Positions 1 to 9,958 of a stretch of DNA of 32,000 nt are shown here, piece after piece. The translations under genes were made by a program, and so were the position numbers. The notes under the pieces are model-generated. The model saw only the letters and a list, made by a program, of their open reading frames with translations. It did not search any database and was not told the DNA's origin. Each line of letters opens with the position of its first letter. Position 1 is the stretch's first letter. Source of the stretch: an uncultured Erysipelotrichaceae bacterium (lineage in GTDB: Bacteria > Bacillota_I > Bacilli_A > Erysipelotrichales > Erysipelotrichaceae); the NCBI GenBank assembly GCA_964401865.1, contig CAYNZZ010000004.1:1-32000 (forward strand), written 5' to 3'.

Positions 1-2
1 GA

Positions 3-110
3 CAATGTGGAACTTATACAATAAAAGATGGAAAACAATATAAAATACAAACAAAAGATTTGTGTAAACAAGCAAAATTAGCAAATATTGATTATAAATG
101 TAATCGCTAA
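3..110 (+). CDS. 3' end of a gene that starts upstream of the window (partial; Cys/Lys-rich C-terminus, product unknown)
   Basis: The frame is open from the window edge to TAA at 108-110 and reads QCGTYTIKDGKQYKIQTKDLCKQAKLANIDYKCNR*. No recognisable motif. Confidence 0.3.
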   Translation, partial: QCGTYTIKDGKQYKIQTKDLCKQAKLANIDYKCNR

Positions 111-214
111 ATAGTAATTTATACTATCTATTCAGAGTTATAGATAAATGTTATACTCTAGGTGATTTTAGATAAAATGATTTATATAAATCGGGATTTA
201 GGGAGATATGTGTG

Positions 215-670
215 ATGCGTGGCTGCGAATGGTGCGATTATAAAGAAAATGAGTGGTTGCTATATCAGTCATTATATTGGTCTGTCTATCTGGCAGATAG
301 ACAGGATTATGTCGGCAGATGTATTCTGATGTTGAATAGACATTGCGGCAGGCTTTCAGAATTGGATATTTCTGAGTGGATTGAATTGAAAACCATTATA
401 GATAAATTGGAATGGATCTACAAAGAGGTATTAGGAGCTGAATTAAGTAATTGGAGTTGTTTGTTAAATAACTTTTACAAAGAAGCGACACCAACCCCCC
501 ATTTGCATATCCATGTGAGACCACGATATAAAAATGCCGTTGTGATAAACGATCACGCATACATAGATACAGAATTTGCGCATCACTATGCTTTGAAAAA
601 AGAGAGCTTATTATCTGATGATGACAGGAAAACGTTGTATGCACTCATGAAGAAAAACCTTGTCTTGTAA
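215..670 (+). CDS. HIT (histidine triad) family nucleotide hydrolase/transferase
   Basis: Histidine-triad motif HLHIHVRPR (HxHxHxx) near the C-terminal third. GGGAG sits 7 nt upstream of ATG 215; the track starts 3 nt earlier at GTG 212. The gene looks more GC-rich by eye than its surroundings. Confidence 0.8.
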   Translation: MRGCEWCDYKENEWLLYQSLYWSVYLADRQDYVGRCILMLNRHCGRLSELDISEWIELKTIIDKLEWIYKEVLGAELSNWSCLLNNFYKEATPTPHLHIHVRPRYKNAVVINDHAYIDTEFAHHYALKKESLLSDDDRKTLYALMKKNLVL

Positions 671-870
671 CTTATGATTTATCTGTCTTTAACCGCTGCG
701 CTGAAACTGACAATATGCTATTGACTTTAGAATGTTGGAAAGATGTGCGCCCAGATTTAGTTTCTATTCCGGTCAATTGGAGATACGATATACCATATGG
801 TCTTTTATATGCGTTAAATCCTCCTCAAGATGTCCTTAATTTCATTGAAGAAGCTAAAAAGCTTAAATAA
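625..870 (+). pseudogene. C-terminal remnant of a regulator-like gene (possibly the effector-binding-domain end of a LysR type); no 5' part present
   Basis: Open frame 625-867 with stop at 868-870, reading ...LLTLECWKDVRPDLVSIPVNWRYDIPYGLLYALNPPQDVLNFIEEAKKLK*. It overlaps the 3' end of the HIT gene in another frame. The only Met is at 715 and has no RBS. The C-terminal pattern resembles LysR-type substrate-binding-domain ends; this is recalled from memory and weak. Confidence 0.3.
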
Positions 871-918
871 ACAGGCTGGTTATGATAGAATATCTATGTT
901 TGAAAAAGAGGAAAGAAA

Positions 919-3084
919 ATGACAAAAGAAGTTTTTAAATTTGATTTCTGCGGTCGTAATTTAATTGTCGAGACCGGTGAAGTCGCTAAACAAGCAGGAG
1001 GTTCAGTATTAGTTCGTTATGAAGATACAGTTGTTTTATCAACAGCTACTGCATCATCACAAGCTAAAGATACTGATTTTTTCCCGCTAACTGTTAGTTT
1101 TGAAGAAAAACTATATTCAGTAGGTAAGATACCTGGTGGTTTTTTAAGAAGAGAAGGTCGTCCTTCTGAACATGCTACTTTAACTGCACGTCTGATTGAT
1201 AGACCGATAAGGCCATTATTCCCCGAAGGGTTTAGGAATGAAGTTCAAGTTGTAAATACTGTTTTATCAGTGGATACCGATTGTAGTGCTGAAATGGCGG
1301 CTTTATTTGGTTCGTCTTTAGCTTTGGGTATTTCTAATATTCCGTTTGATGGTCCGGTTGCCGGAGTAATTGTTGGCTATATTGATGGTGAATATGTAAT
1401 TAATCCAACGGTCGAACAAATGGAAAGAACATTGATTAACTTAACTGTTGCCGGTACTAAAGATGCTATAAACATGGTTGAAGCCGGTGCTAAGGAAGTC
1501 AGCGAAGACTTGATGTTAGGCGCTTTGATGTTTGGTCATGAGCATATTAAGAAATTATGTGCTTTTGAAGAAGAAATAATTGCTAAATGTCAAAAGGAAA
1601 AGATGGAAGTCAAGTTATACGAAATCAATCCGGAAATTAAATCATATATCGATGCTAATGCAGCTTCTAGACTAATTGAAGCGGTTTCGATTAAACAAAA
1701 ACTTGAACGATATGGCACAATTGATAAAATCACTGATGAAATGGTTGAACACTTTGATACATTAGAATATCCTAGCGAGAAAGAAAAAGAAAAGGCTAAG
1801 AAACAAGCCTCTGAATATTGTACTGAAATCGTTGCCATGGAAGTAAGACGCTTGATTTCGGTTGAAAAGATTAGACCTGATGGTCGTGCAACCGATGAGA
1901 TTAGACCATTAAATTCACAAGTTGATATTCTTCCAAGAGTGCATGGTTCAGCCTTGTTCACAAGAGGTGAAACACAAGTATTATCTGTTACTACTTTAGG
2001 TCCGTTAGGTGATAATCAAATTATTGATGATTTAACTGAAGTAGAGGAAAAGAGATTCATGCATCATTATAATTTCCCACCTTATTCAGTTGGTGAAGTT
2101 GGAAGAATGGGAAATCCTGGAAGAAGAGAAATTGGACATGGTGCATTGGGCGAAAGAGCCTTAGCTCAAGTGCTTCCAAGCGTTGATGAATTCCCTTATT
2201 GCATTAGAACAGTTGCTGAAGTGTTAGAATCAAACGGTTCTTCTTCACAAGCTTCAATCTGTGCGGGGACAATGTCTTTAATGGCTGCAGGTGTTCCTAT
2301 TAAGGCTCCGGTTGCCGGCATTGCAATGGGTCTAATCACTTATGGTGACCATTATACTATTTTGAGTGATATACAAGGTATGGAAGACCACTATGGAGAC
2401 ATGGACTTTAAAGTGGCTGGTACTGATAATGGCATTACTGCATTACAAATGGATATTAAGATTAAAGGCATTTCAGAACCAATCTTAAAAGAAGCTCTTG
2501 CCCAAGCCAAAAGAGGCAGAGCTACTATCATGGCTAATATGATGGCTGCTATCAACAAACCACGCCCAGAAGTATCTAAATATGCTCCTAAGATGGTTAC
2601 GATGCTGATACCGGTCGATAAGATTCGTGAAGTAATCGGAACCGGTGGAAAGATGATTAATCAGATTATTGATGAATGTAATAATGTTAAGATTGATATT
2701 GACGATGATGGAAGATGTACTATCTATCATCAGGATAAAGACTCAATCGAAAAAGCTAAATCAATGATCGAGACAATCATTAAAGAGGCTAAAGTTGGTG
2801 AAGAATATCATGCTAAGGTTGTAAGAATTGAAAAATTCGGTGCATTTGTTGAACTGTTTAAGGGACAAGATGCTCTATTACATATCTCTAAAATATCTTC
2901 AAAACGTATCGATAAAGTTGAAGATGTCTTGAAATTGGGTGATCATGTTGATGTTAAAGTCACAGAAATAGATGAAAAGGGTAGAGTAAATGTAATTAGA
3001 ACAGACATTGAATATGAAAAGAAAGATGAATCAGAACCTAAAACAAAAGGTGAAGTGCGCATCTTCAAAAAGAAAGACGAGTAA
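919..3084 (+). CDS. pnp: Polyribonucleotide nucleotidyltransferase (PNPase)
   Basis: 721 aa with two RNase PH-like domains ([17 protein letters not shown]; [21 protein letters not shown]), then KH ([15 protein letters not shown]) and S1 ([20 protein letters not shown]) domains. RBS AAGAGGAAAG lies upstream. Confidence 0.97.
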   Translation: MTKEVFKFDFCGRNLIVETGEVAKQAGGSVLVRYEDTVVLSTATASSQAKDTDFFPLTVSFEEKLYSVGKIPGGFLRREGRPSEHATLTARLIDRPIRPLFPEGFRNEVQVVNTVLSVDTDCSAEMAALFGSSLALGISNIPFDGPVAGVIVGYIDGEYVINPTVEQMERTLINLTVAGTKDAINMVEAGAKEVSEDLMLGALMFGHEHIKKLCAFEEEIIAKCQKEKMEVKLYEINPEIKSYIDANAASRLIEAVSIKQKLERYGTIDKITDEMVEHFDTLEYPSEKEKEKAKKQASEYCTEIVAMEVRRLISVEKIRPDGRATDEIRPLNSQVDILPRVHGSALFTRGETQVLSVTTLGPLGDNQIIDDLTEVEEKRFMHHYNFPPYSVGEVGRMGNPGRREIGHGALGERALAQVLPSVDEFPYCIRTVAEVLESNGSSSQASICAGTMSLMAAGVPIKAPVAGIAMGLITYGDHYTILSDIQGMEDHYGDMDFKVAGTDNGITALQMDIKIKGISEPILKEALAQAKRGRATIMANMMAAINKPRPEVSKYAPKMVTMLIPVDKIREVIGTGGKMINQIIDECNNVKIDIDDDGRCTIYHQDKDSIEKAKSMIETIIKEAKVGEEYHAKVVRIEKFGAFVELFKGQDALLHISKISSKRIDKVEDVLKLGDHVDVKVTEIDEKGRVNVIRTDIEYEKKDESEPKTKGEVRIFKKKDE

Positions 3085-3099
3085 TTTATTCTTTAAGAT

Positions 3100-3726
3100 A
3101 TGCGAATAAGAAAGAAAAAATGGGTTAGACCTTTTCTGGATAATGAAAATAGATATCTTTTAAAAGAGAGTCTTAAAGGTGAATACTTAAAGAAATATCC
3201 ATTTAAAAGGCTTGTGTTGGAGATTGGTATGGGTATGGGTGATTTCTTGACCACTACTGCCGGATTAGATACCAATACTCTTTATATCGGTCTAGAAAAA
3301 GATGAAACCTGTGTAGCTAAAGCTATTTTAAAGGCTCAAGAGTTAAATCTAAACAATTTTTTGGTTATCAATGATAATGCACAAAATCTAGTGAATTATT
3401 TTGATTTGGAGGAAGTTGATATGATTTATCTTCAATTCTCTGATCCTTGGCCTAAAAAAGGACATTACAAAAGAAGATTGACTTATGATACTTTCTTAAA
3501 GAATTATATGGATATTTTAAAGAAAAAAGGTACGATCTTCTTTAAAACAGACAATACTATCTTATACACCTTCTCTTTACCTTCAATGACTCGCTTTGGC
3601 TTTAAACTAGTTGAAATGTCTTTGAATTACCACGAAAAAGAAAAACATTATCCAATGACTGGATATGAAGAAAAATTCGTCAATGAAGGTTTACCTATTT
3701 ATTACGCTTTATTTATGAAAGATTAA
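3100..3726 (+). CDS. trmB: tRNA (guanine-N7)-methyltransferase
   Basis: 208 aa with the SAM-MTase motif LEIGMGMGDF and the TrmB signature FSDPWPKKGHYKRRL. Confidence 0.9.
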   Translation: MRIRKKKWVRPFLDNENRYLLKESLKGEYLKKYPFKRLVLEIGMGMGDFLTTTAGLDTNTLYIGLEKDETCVAKAILKAQELNLNNFLVINDNAQNLVNYFDLEEVDMIYLQFSDPWPKKGHYKRRLTYDTFLKNYMDILKKKGTIFFKTDNTILYTFSLPSMTRFGFKLVEMSLNYHEKEKHYPMTGYEEKFVNEGLPIYYALFMKD

Positions 3727-3729
3727 AAT

Positions 3730-3775
3730 GTGGTGGCAATTGGACAATTATGTTCAATTTGCCAACCACTTTTTA
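3730..3775 (+). terminator. Rho-independent terminator after trmB
   Basis: Imperfect long stem gtggtggcaattg (3730-3742) pairs with caatttgccaaccac (3755-3769), followed by TTTTT. Confidence 0.7.
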
Positions 3776-3820
3776 TATAGTTATATAGAGAAAAATACTT
3801 AAATGGAGTAAAATATACCT

Positions 3821-4855
3821 ATGAAGAAATTATATAAAATCATTGCTTTGTGTTTGTTGATATTTACTACTTCATGTAGTAGTGCCAAGCGTTATGTTGC
3901 TTATACCGCTTACCCAATCGGTTATTTATTAAATCGTATCGGTGGCAATAAAATTGAAACTATTTCTATTCAGAATAACAATCTTGTTCAAACGGCAAAT
4001 ATTGTTGAAAACTATGAAGAGATATTAAAAGATTCATCTTATTTTTTCTATTTGGGTGGCATCGAACCTTATTTAGAGATATACGAAGACAATATAAATG
4101 GTACTGGCGTTGAAAAGGTTGACTTATCATATCTTAATGCGATTTATGATTTTAAACGCTATACTTTGGTTAATGCTAATGGAGTGGAAGTATTTGTTGA
4201 AAGTCCATACTATAATGATGAATTATTTGAATCTATCGATACTAATGAATTAGATTTATCCATTTGGATCGATCCTATTGGTATGCTGTCGATGGCTAAA
4301 GATATATATACTGTTTTATCGTCTAATTACATTGAACAGAAGGCAAATTTTGAAGCTAACTATAGACAATTGGAAAGAGATTTAATTGCTCTTGACGCCA
4401 GCTATCAGAATTTAGCCACTTCACTTAAAAAAGAGAATAAGACAATCAAGTTTGTATCGATGACCCCAAACTTTGGCAATTGGCAAAAAGCTTATGGCTT
4501 TAGTGTATATCCTGTATGTCTTTCAAAATATGGTGCTTTGCCAAATGATGCTGAATTAGATTTCATTAAGCAGAGAATTATTGCTGATGGAGTAGAATAT
4601 ATAGCTTACGAACCAAATATGTCTTCGGATATGATGGAACTTTTTGATGAACTTGAGCAGGAATTAGGATTAAAAAGAATTAATTTATATAATGTATCTT
4701 CTTTAACACCATCGCAATTAAATGAAAATAAAGATTACCTGTCTTTGATGTATGAAAATTTAAATGTTTTGGAGAATATTGCTTCATCAAATGATCATGA
4801 GGAAGAAATAACAGAAGTAGAAAATACTAGCGAAGAGGAAGTAATTGATGAGTAG
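3821..4855 (+). CDS. Metal (Zn/Mn-type) ABC transporter substrate-binding lipoprotein, ZnuA/TroA-like; orphan, with no adjacent permease or ATPase
   Basis: Signal peptide plus lipobox-like LIFTTSC. Overall ZnuA-family pattern (YTAYPIGYLLNRIGG..., IWIDPIGMLSMAKDI, FVSMTPNFGNWQKAYGF). Acidic C-terminal tail. The stop overlaps the polA start. Confidence 0.65.
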   Translation: MKKLYKIIALCLLIFTTSCSSAKRYVAYTAYPIGYLLNRIGGNKIETISIQNNNLVQTANIVENYEEILKDSSYFFYLGGIEPYLEIYEDNINGTGVEKVDLSYLNAIYDFKRYTLVNANGVEVFVESPYYNDELFESIDTNELDLSIWIDPIGMLSMAKDIYTVLSSNYIEQKANFEANYRQLERDLIALDASYQNLATSLKKENKTIKFVSMTPNFGNWQKAYGFSVYPVCLSKYGALPNDAELDFIKQRIIADGVEYIAYEPNMSSDMMELFDELEQELGLKRINLYNVSSLTPSQLNENKDYLSLMYENLNVLENIASSNDHEEEITEVENTSEEEVIDE

Positions 4856-7430
4856 AGAAAGATTGCTTTTAGTTGATGGCAACTCAATGTTGTTTAGAGC
4901 ATATTATGCAACAAGCTATACCAATATAATGAAGACATCAAATGGCATTTATACAAATGCCATTTATGCGTTTGCAACCATGCTTAAAAAGGCTATCAAT
5001 AGTTTAAAACCGAGCTATGTGGCAGTTGCTTTTGATAAAGGTAAGCACACTTTTCGTCATGATTTAGCTAGCGATTATAAAGGTGGTCGGAAAGAAACAC
5101 CACAAGAGTTGGTGATGCAGTTTGCGATTATCAGAGAATATTTAAAAGCTTATAATATTCCGTATTTTGAGTTTGACGACATTGAGGCTGATGATATTAT
5201 TGGTTCGTTATCTACTGCTTATAATGATGTTGATATCGCTATATTATCTAGTGATAGAGACCTTCTACAACTAATTGGTGACAATGTCTGCGTCTATCTC
5301 ATGAAGAAAGGTATTACTGATACTGTTTGTATGGATGAAAGAGAACTTTTAAAAGAGTATGAATTAGCTCCTAAACAGATTATTGATTTAAAAGCATTGA
5401 TGGGCGATAGTAGCGATAATATCAAGGGTGTCAAAGGTATAGGTTCCAAGACGGCGACAAAACTGTTATTGAAGTATGCGAATGTTGAAAATCTCTATGA
5501 ACATATTGATGAGATAAGTGGCAAGGTAAAAGAATGTTTAATCAATGATATGGAACAATGCTTTTTATCTAAGAAACTAGCTACTATTGTCGTTGATTTG
5601 AATTTGGATATTCCATTAGAAGATTTAAAATTAAATCCCAATTATGATACATTGAATGATTTTTATAAAAAGTATGAAATGTATTCTTTGATGAGCAAAA
5701 ATGAAAAGAAAAAGGAAATCGAATACGAGATTGTGAAGAAAGTAAGTGGTGATTTGTTACAGGATGATTCATTTATTTACTTAGATTCTGATGAATTTTC
5801 TTATTATGAACGTAATGTTTTTGGTTTGGCTATCAGTAATGGCACAAAAAATGAATATATTTTAATGGAAGATTTAAAAAATGATTATGATTTAAATGTT
5901 TATTTAAATAGTGATAAAAGAAAGAATGTATATGATTTAAAGGCAATTAAGCATGCCTTGAATCATTATGGTCTAGATATTGCTTTTGAAAATACTGATG
6001 ATTTAATGATTGTCGCTTTTTTAGTTAATAATTATTTAGACAACATCAATTCGATATCTGATTATCTAAAAAAAGAAAGATTAGTTGATCGCTTTGAGAT
6101 TTACGGCAGTGAAAAGAAACCGATTGAGTCGGATCTCAAAAAAAGAGCCTCATATACCTGCGCTTGTGCTTCGATGTGCAAAGAAGCTTGTATTGTCTTA
6201 AAAGACGAACTTCAAAATGAAGAATTGAATAATCTATATAGAGATATTGAAAAGCCACTAATCGAAGTTTTATACAAGATGGAGAAAACTGGTATCGCAT
6301 GCGATGAAAAAACTTTAGATGAAATCGCTGTAGATACTTTTAATAAAATGAATGATTACGCAAACGAAATCTATGGGATGCTTGGATATGAATTTAATCT
6401 CAATTCGCCAAAACAGTTGGCGGAAGTATTGTTTGATCGTTTAGGATTGCCGGATATCAAAAAACGTTCAACGGCTATTGAAGTGTTACAGAAGTTACAA
6501 AAATTTCACCCAATCATTGATTGCCTCATTGAATATCGCAAATTCTCAAAATTATATTCGACATACGCCGAAGGATTGAAGAAATATATACGAAGTGATG
6601 GTAAGATTCATACAATCTTTTCTCAAACCATCACACAGACTGGAAGGCTTTCATCTTATGATCCAAATCTGCAAAACATTTCTGTCAAAGATGAAGATGG
6701 CAAGATGATACGAAAGGCTTTCAAATCAAAAGAAGGCCATATACTTATTAGTTCAGATTATTCACAGATTGAACTCAGGGTTTTGGCTTCGCTGAGCGAC
6801 GAAGAAAAGATGATCACAGCTTTTAACGATGGAGTAGATATTCATACCAAGACTGCAATGGATGTCTTTCATGTGAATTTTGATGAAGTGGATAGTCATG
6901 TTCGCAGACAAGCGAAAGCTGTTAATTTTGGTGTGGTATATGGTATTTCTGACTTCGGTTTATCTAAACAGGCGTCGCTATCTATCAAAGATGCTAAACA
7001 TTTTATTGATGAATACTTCAAGACTTATCCAAAGATTAAAGAATATATGGATAAACAAATTGAATATTGCATAAATCACGGTTATGTTAAAACGATGATG
7101 AATAGACGTCGCTACATTAAAGAAATAAATGATAAAAACTATATGGTCAAAGAATTTGGTAAAAGAGCAGCGATGAATTCGCCGATTCAAGGTTCAGCGG
7201 CTGATTTGATAAAAATGGCAATGATACGTATAGACAAAATGATGAGTGAAAAGAATATGAAATCTAAAATGATTTTACAAGTTCACGACGAATTGATTTT
7301 TGATGTTTTGGAAGAAGAATTAGAAGATATGAAAGTTTTGATTAAAGAAGGAATGTCTAAAGCTTATGAATTAAAAGTTAGATTAGACTCCTCGCTATCT
7401 GTTGGCAAAACTTGGTATGAGGCTAAATAA
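4848..7430 (+). CDS. polA: DNA polymerase I
   Basis: 5'-nuclease domain (LLLVDGNSMLFRAYYA, GDSSDNIKGVKGIGSKTA). Polymerase motifs A (ISSDYSQIELRVLA), B (RRQAKAVNFGVVYG) and C (QVHDELIF). ATG 4848 is preferred over the track's TTG 4845. Confidence 0.97.
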   Translation: MSRERLLLVDGNSMLFRAYYATSYTNIMKTSNGIYTNAIYAFATMLKKAINSLKPSYVAVAFDKGKHTFRHDLASDYKGGRKETPQELVMQFAIIREYLKAYNIPYFEFDDIEADDIIGSLSTAYNDVDIAILSSDRDLLQLIGDNVCVYLMKKGITDTVCMDERELLKEYELAPKQIIDLKALMGDSSDNIKGVKGIGSKTATKLLLKYANVENLYEHIDEISGKVKECLINDMEQCFLSKKLATIVVDLNLDIPLEDLKLNPNYDTLNDFYKKYEMYSLMSKNEKKKEIEYEIVKKVSGDLLQDDSFIYLDSDEFSYYERNVFGLAISNGTKNEYILMEDLKNDYDLNVYLNSDKRKNVYDLKAIKHALNHYGLDIAFENTDDLMIVAFLVNNYLDNINSISDYLKKERLVDRFEIYGSEKKPIESDLKKRASYTCACASMCKEACIVLKDELQNEELNNLYRDIEKPLIEVLYKMEKTGIACDEKTLDEIAVDTFNKMNDYANEIYGMLGYEFNLNSPKQLAEVLFDRLGLPDIKKRSTAIEVLQKLQKFHPIIDCLIEYRKFSKLYSTYAEGLKKYIRSDGKIHTIFSQTITQTGRLSSYDPNLQNISVKDEDGKMIRKAFKSKEGHILISSDYSQIELRVLASLSDEEKMITAFNDGVDIHTKTAMDVFHVNFDEVDSHVRRQAKAVNFGVVYGISDFGLSKQASLSIKDAKHFIDEYFKTYPKIKEYMDKQIEYCINHGYVKTMMNRRRYIKEINDKNYMVKEFGKRAAMNSPIQGSAADLIKMAMIRIDKMMSEKNMKSKMILQVHDELIFDVLEEELEDMKVLIKEGMSKAYELKVRLDSSLSVGKTWYEAK

Positions 7431-7431
7431 T

Positions 7432-8817
7432 ATGCCAGAATTACCAGAGGTACAGACAGTCCTTAATACTTTAAAAGGACTGATAAAGAATAGAAAAATA
7501 ATTGATGTCGAAGTGTTATATCCCAATATTATAGTGGGTGATAGTCAAGAGTTTAAAAAAAGAGTAGTTAATCAACATTTTCGTCATTTTAATCGTCGAG
7601 GAAAATATCTGCTATTTGAACTAGATGATGTTGTGTTAGTATCGCATTTACGCATGGAAGGAAAATATTTCTTTAAAGATGAATCTGAAAGCACGAATAA
7701 ACATACACATATTATTTTTCATTTAGATGATAATAAAAAACTTGAATATAACGATACCAGAAAGTTTGGCAGAATGGAACTTTACGAAAAAGACTATGAT
7801 TTTAAGGGGTTAAAGAACCTCGGGCCTGAACCGTTTAGCGATGAATTTTCTTTACCATATGTCAAAAAGTATTTAAGTAATGAAAAACGCCCGATAAAAG
7901 AAATTCTATTAGACCAGTCCTTTGTAGCTGGTGTCGGCAATATCTATGCTGATGAAATAATATTCAATACCTTAATTCATCCAGAAACAAAAGGTAAATA
8001 TCTTGATGAAGATACAATAACAAGACTTATTGACTGCACAAGAAATATCTTGGCTGCTGCAATTGAAATGGGTGGAACAACCATTAGATCTTACACTTCT
8101 TCTCTGGGGGTTACCGGTCGTTTTCAACTATCTTTGTCTGTACATCAAAAAGAAGGCGAGCCTTGTCCGATATGTCGAAACGAAATTAAGAAGATAAAAG
8201 TTGGTGGGCGAGGAACATATTATTGTCCAAATTGTCAGAAAAAGACAAGACGCATCGGTATAACCGGTAATATTGCCGGTGGGAAATCGACAACTCTAGC
8301 TTACTTGAGTGAGCTGGGCTATCCTACTTTTAGTGCCGATGAAGAAGTTAGAAGATTATATAAAAAAGGTAATAAAGGTTATTTGTTTATCAAGGATGAA
8401 TACCCCGAAGTGTTTGATGGCGATATTTTAAATAGGAACAAACTGGCTGCGTTATTATTCAATGATAAAGATGTCAAGAAAAATATTGAATCTAAGATTC
8501 ATCCTTTAGTATTGGATGCCTATTTAAAACAGAGCATTAATAATGATATTATATTCGCTGAAATACCATTATTGTTTGAAAGCGTGTTTGATAAGTATTT
8601 TGATGAAGTATTATTGGTGTATAGTACTGATAATATTATTTTTGATAGACTTGTATTAAAAGGATATAGTATTGATGAGGCAAAAAGACGAATGAATAGT
8701 CAAATGAGTATCGAAGACAAGATATCAAAGGCCGATTATGTCATCGAGAATAATAAGACTATCAAAGAGCTTTATGATAAAATTGAAGTGTGGATTAAAG
8801 ATAGATATGTTGGGTAA
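7432..8817 (+). CDS. mutM-coaE: In-frame fusion of formamidopyrimidine-DNA glycosylase (Fpg/MutM) and dephospho-CoA kinase (CoaE)
   Basis: The N-terminus MPELPEV carries the catalytic Pro2 of Fpg. H2TH region and C-terminal zinc finger CPICRN...YYCPNCQKK are present. The frame then continues without a stop or Met into RRIGITGNIAGGKST (CoaE P-loop) and a CoaE-like body through 8817. The track start at 7402 is rejected because Fpg needs Met-Pro at its N-terminus. Confidence 0.9.
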   Translation: MPELPEVQTVLNTLKGLIKNRKIIDVEVLYPNIIVGDSQEFKKRVVNQHFRHFNRRGKYLLFELDDVVLVSHLRMEGKYFFKDESESTNKHTHIIFHLDDNKKLEYNDTRKFGRMELYEKDYDFKGLKNLGPEPFSDEFSLPYVKKYLSNEKRPIKEILLDQSFVAGVGNIYADEIIFNTLIHPETKGKYLDEDTITRLIDCTRNILAAAIEMGGTTIRSYTSSLGVTGRFQLSLSVHQKEGEPCPICRNEIKKIKVGGRGTYYCPNCQKKTRRIGITGNIAGGKSTTLAYLSELGYPTFSADEEVRRLYKKGNKGYLFIKDEYPEVFDGDILNRNKLAALLFNDKDVKKNIESKIHPLVLDAYLKQSINNDIIFAEIPLLFESVFDKYFDEVLLVYSTDNIIFDRLVLKGYSIDEAKRRMNSQMSIEDKISKADYVIENNKTIKELYDKIEVWIKDRYVG

Positions 8818-9958
8818 AAATAGATATAAAATAAAAGGTGCAAATGATTTAAAACGCGATGAATATCAATCGTTATTTTTATTGTATCAACCGATGATTT
8901 CAAATGAAGCAGTAATGATATACTGTTATTTTTTGAATCGTATCAAAGATGACGGCTATATCGTTGATATTCTCGCTAATTTAAACATATCTTTAGATAT
9001 ATTGATTTTAGGTTTAGAAAAATTAAATGAATATCGCTTGCTAGATACATATCACAATATCGAAAATGATAACTATTTATTTGTATTAAAAGAGCCTAAA
9101 TCGACAAAGGCCTTTCTAAAAGATGATATCTTTTCCAGAATATTATTGGATACGATTGGTAGTCAAAGATACGGAGAAATTCATATGGCTTTGTATGAAG
9201 CGAAAGAGAACATGAAAGCTTATGTCGATGAGACAAAACATTTAAAAATTAATACACTTATTAATTGGACTAAAGAAAAAGAGAATGATTTCCATAAGAT
9301 TAAGAATATTGAAGTCGATTCTCTTGAACATAAATCACATTTTGATATCGATGCATTTGTCAAAGGGGCAAGTCCTGTTTTGTTGCCATTTAAGTTTAGG
9401 ACTAAGGAAGTTTTAGAAACTATTGGTCGTTATGCTGATGTTTTTAATATTTCGCAAAATCAGATGCGTGTTATCGTTGGAAAAGTAGTTAATTCTGATT
9501 TGAATGAATTTAATTATGTTCGTTTTAAAAACTTATGTGCCAAGGTTCGTCAAAATTTTGAAAAGACACAAAGTGGCAAGTATGATGTTTCATGTACTTT
9601 GTTTTTAATGAATTTACAAGAGGGTAGAGAACCTAGCCCTATGGATATGCAATTGATTTCTGAGTTACTTGACAAGTATCATTTAAATGCAGAAGTAATC
9701 AATGTGTTAATCGAACACTCTTTAAATGTCTGCGACAATCGTTTGATTGCCAGCTATGTTAAATCTTTGGCTTCAGATTTACATCGCAATAACATATCTG
9801 ATGCAGTAAAGGCTAAAGAATTTTTAAATAAGAATATTAAGGTTAAAAATGCTCATCCAAAGGATGTGCTACCAGTTTATGATGATAGCAAAAATCGTAA
9901 ATACGATGTAAATGATTACGATATTCTAAAACTTATTAAGGAGTCTAACAATGACTGA
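8807..9958 (+). CDS. dnaB: Replication initiation / membrane attachment protein, Firmicute DnaB (DnaD-like domains; not the replicative helicase)
   Basis: Sits immediately upstream of dnaI and overlaps it, the classic dnaB-dnaI pair. Size and pattern fit DnaB/DnaD-domain proteins. ATG 8807 overlaps the coaE stop and is preferred over the track start at 8738, which lies inside coaE. Confidence 0.7.
   Translation: MLGKNRYKIKGANDLKRDEYQSLFLLYQPMISNEAVMIYCYFLNRIKDDGYIVDILANLNISLDILILGLEKLNEYRLLDTYHNIENDNYLFVLKEPKSTKAFLKDDIFSRILLDTIGSQRYGEIHMALYEAKENMKAYVDETKHLKINTLINWTKEKENDFHKIKNIEVDSLEHKSHFDIDAFVKGASPVLLPFKFRTKEVLETIGRYADVFNISQNQMRVIVGKVVNSDLNEFNYVRFKNLCAKVRQNFEKTQSGKYDVSCTLFLMNLQEGREPSPMDMQLISELLDKYHLNAEVINVLIEHSLNVCDNRLIASYVKSLASDLHRNNISDAVKAKEFLNKNIKVKNAHPKDVLPVYDDSKNRKYDVNDYDILKLIKESNND

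Noticed and set aside
7402-7431. Track start of the Fpg ORF at 7402 (MAKLGMRLNN...).
   Set aside because: It overlaps the polA 3' end. Fpg family enzymes need the processed N-terminal Pro of MPELPEV as the catalytic nucleophile, so ATG 7432 is the real start.
8738-8806. Track start of the dnaB-like ORF at 8738, inside coaE.
   Set aside because: It would require a 70-nt overlap with the upstream gene. ATG 8807 gives the usual short overlap with the coaE stop.
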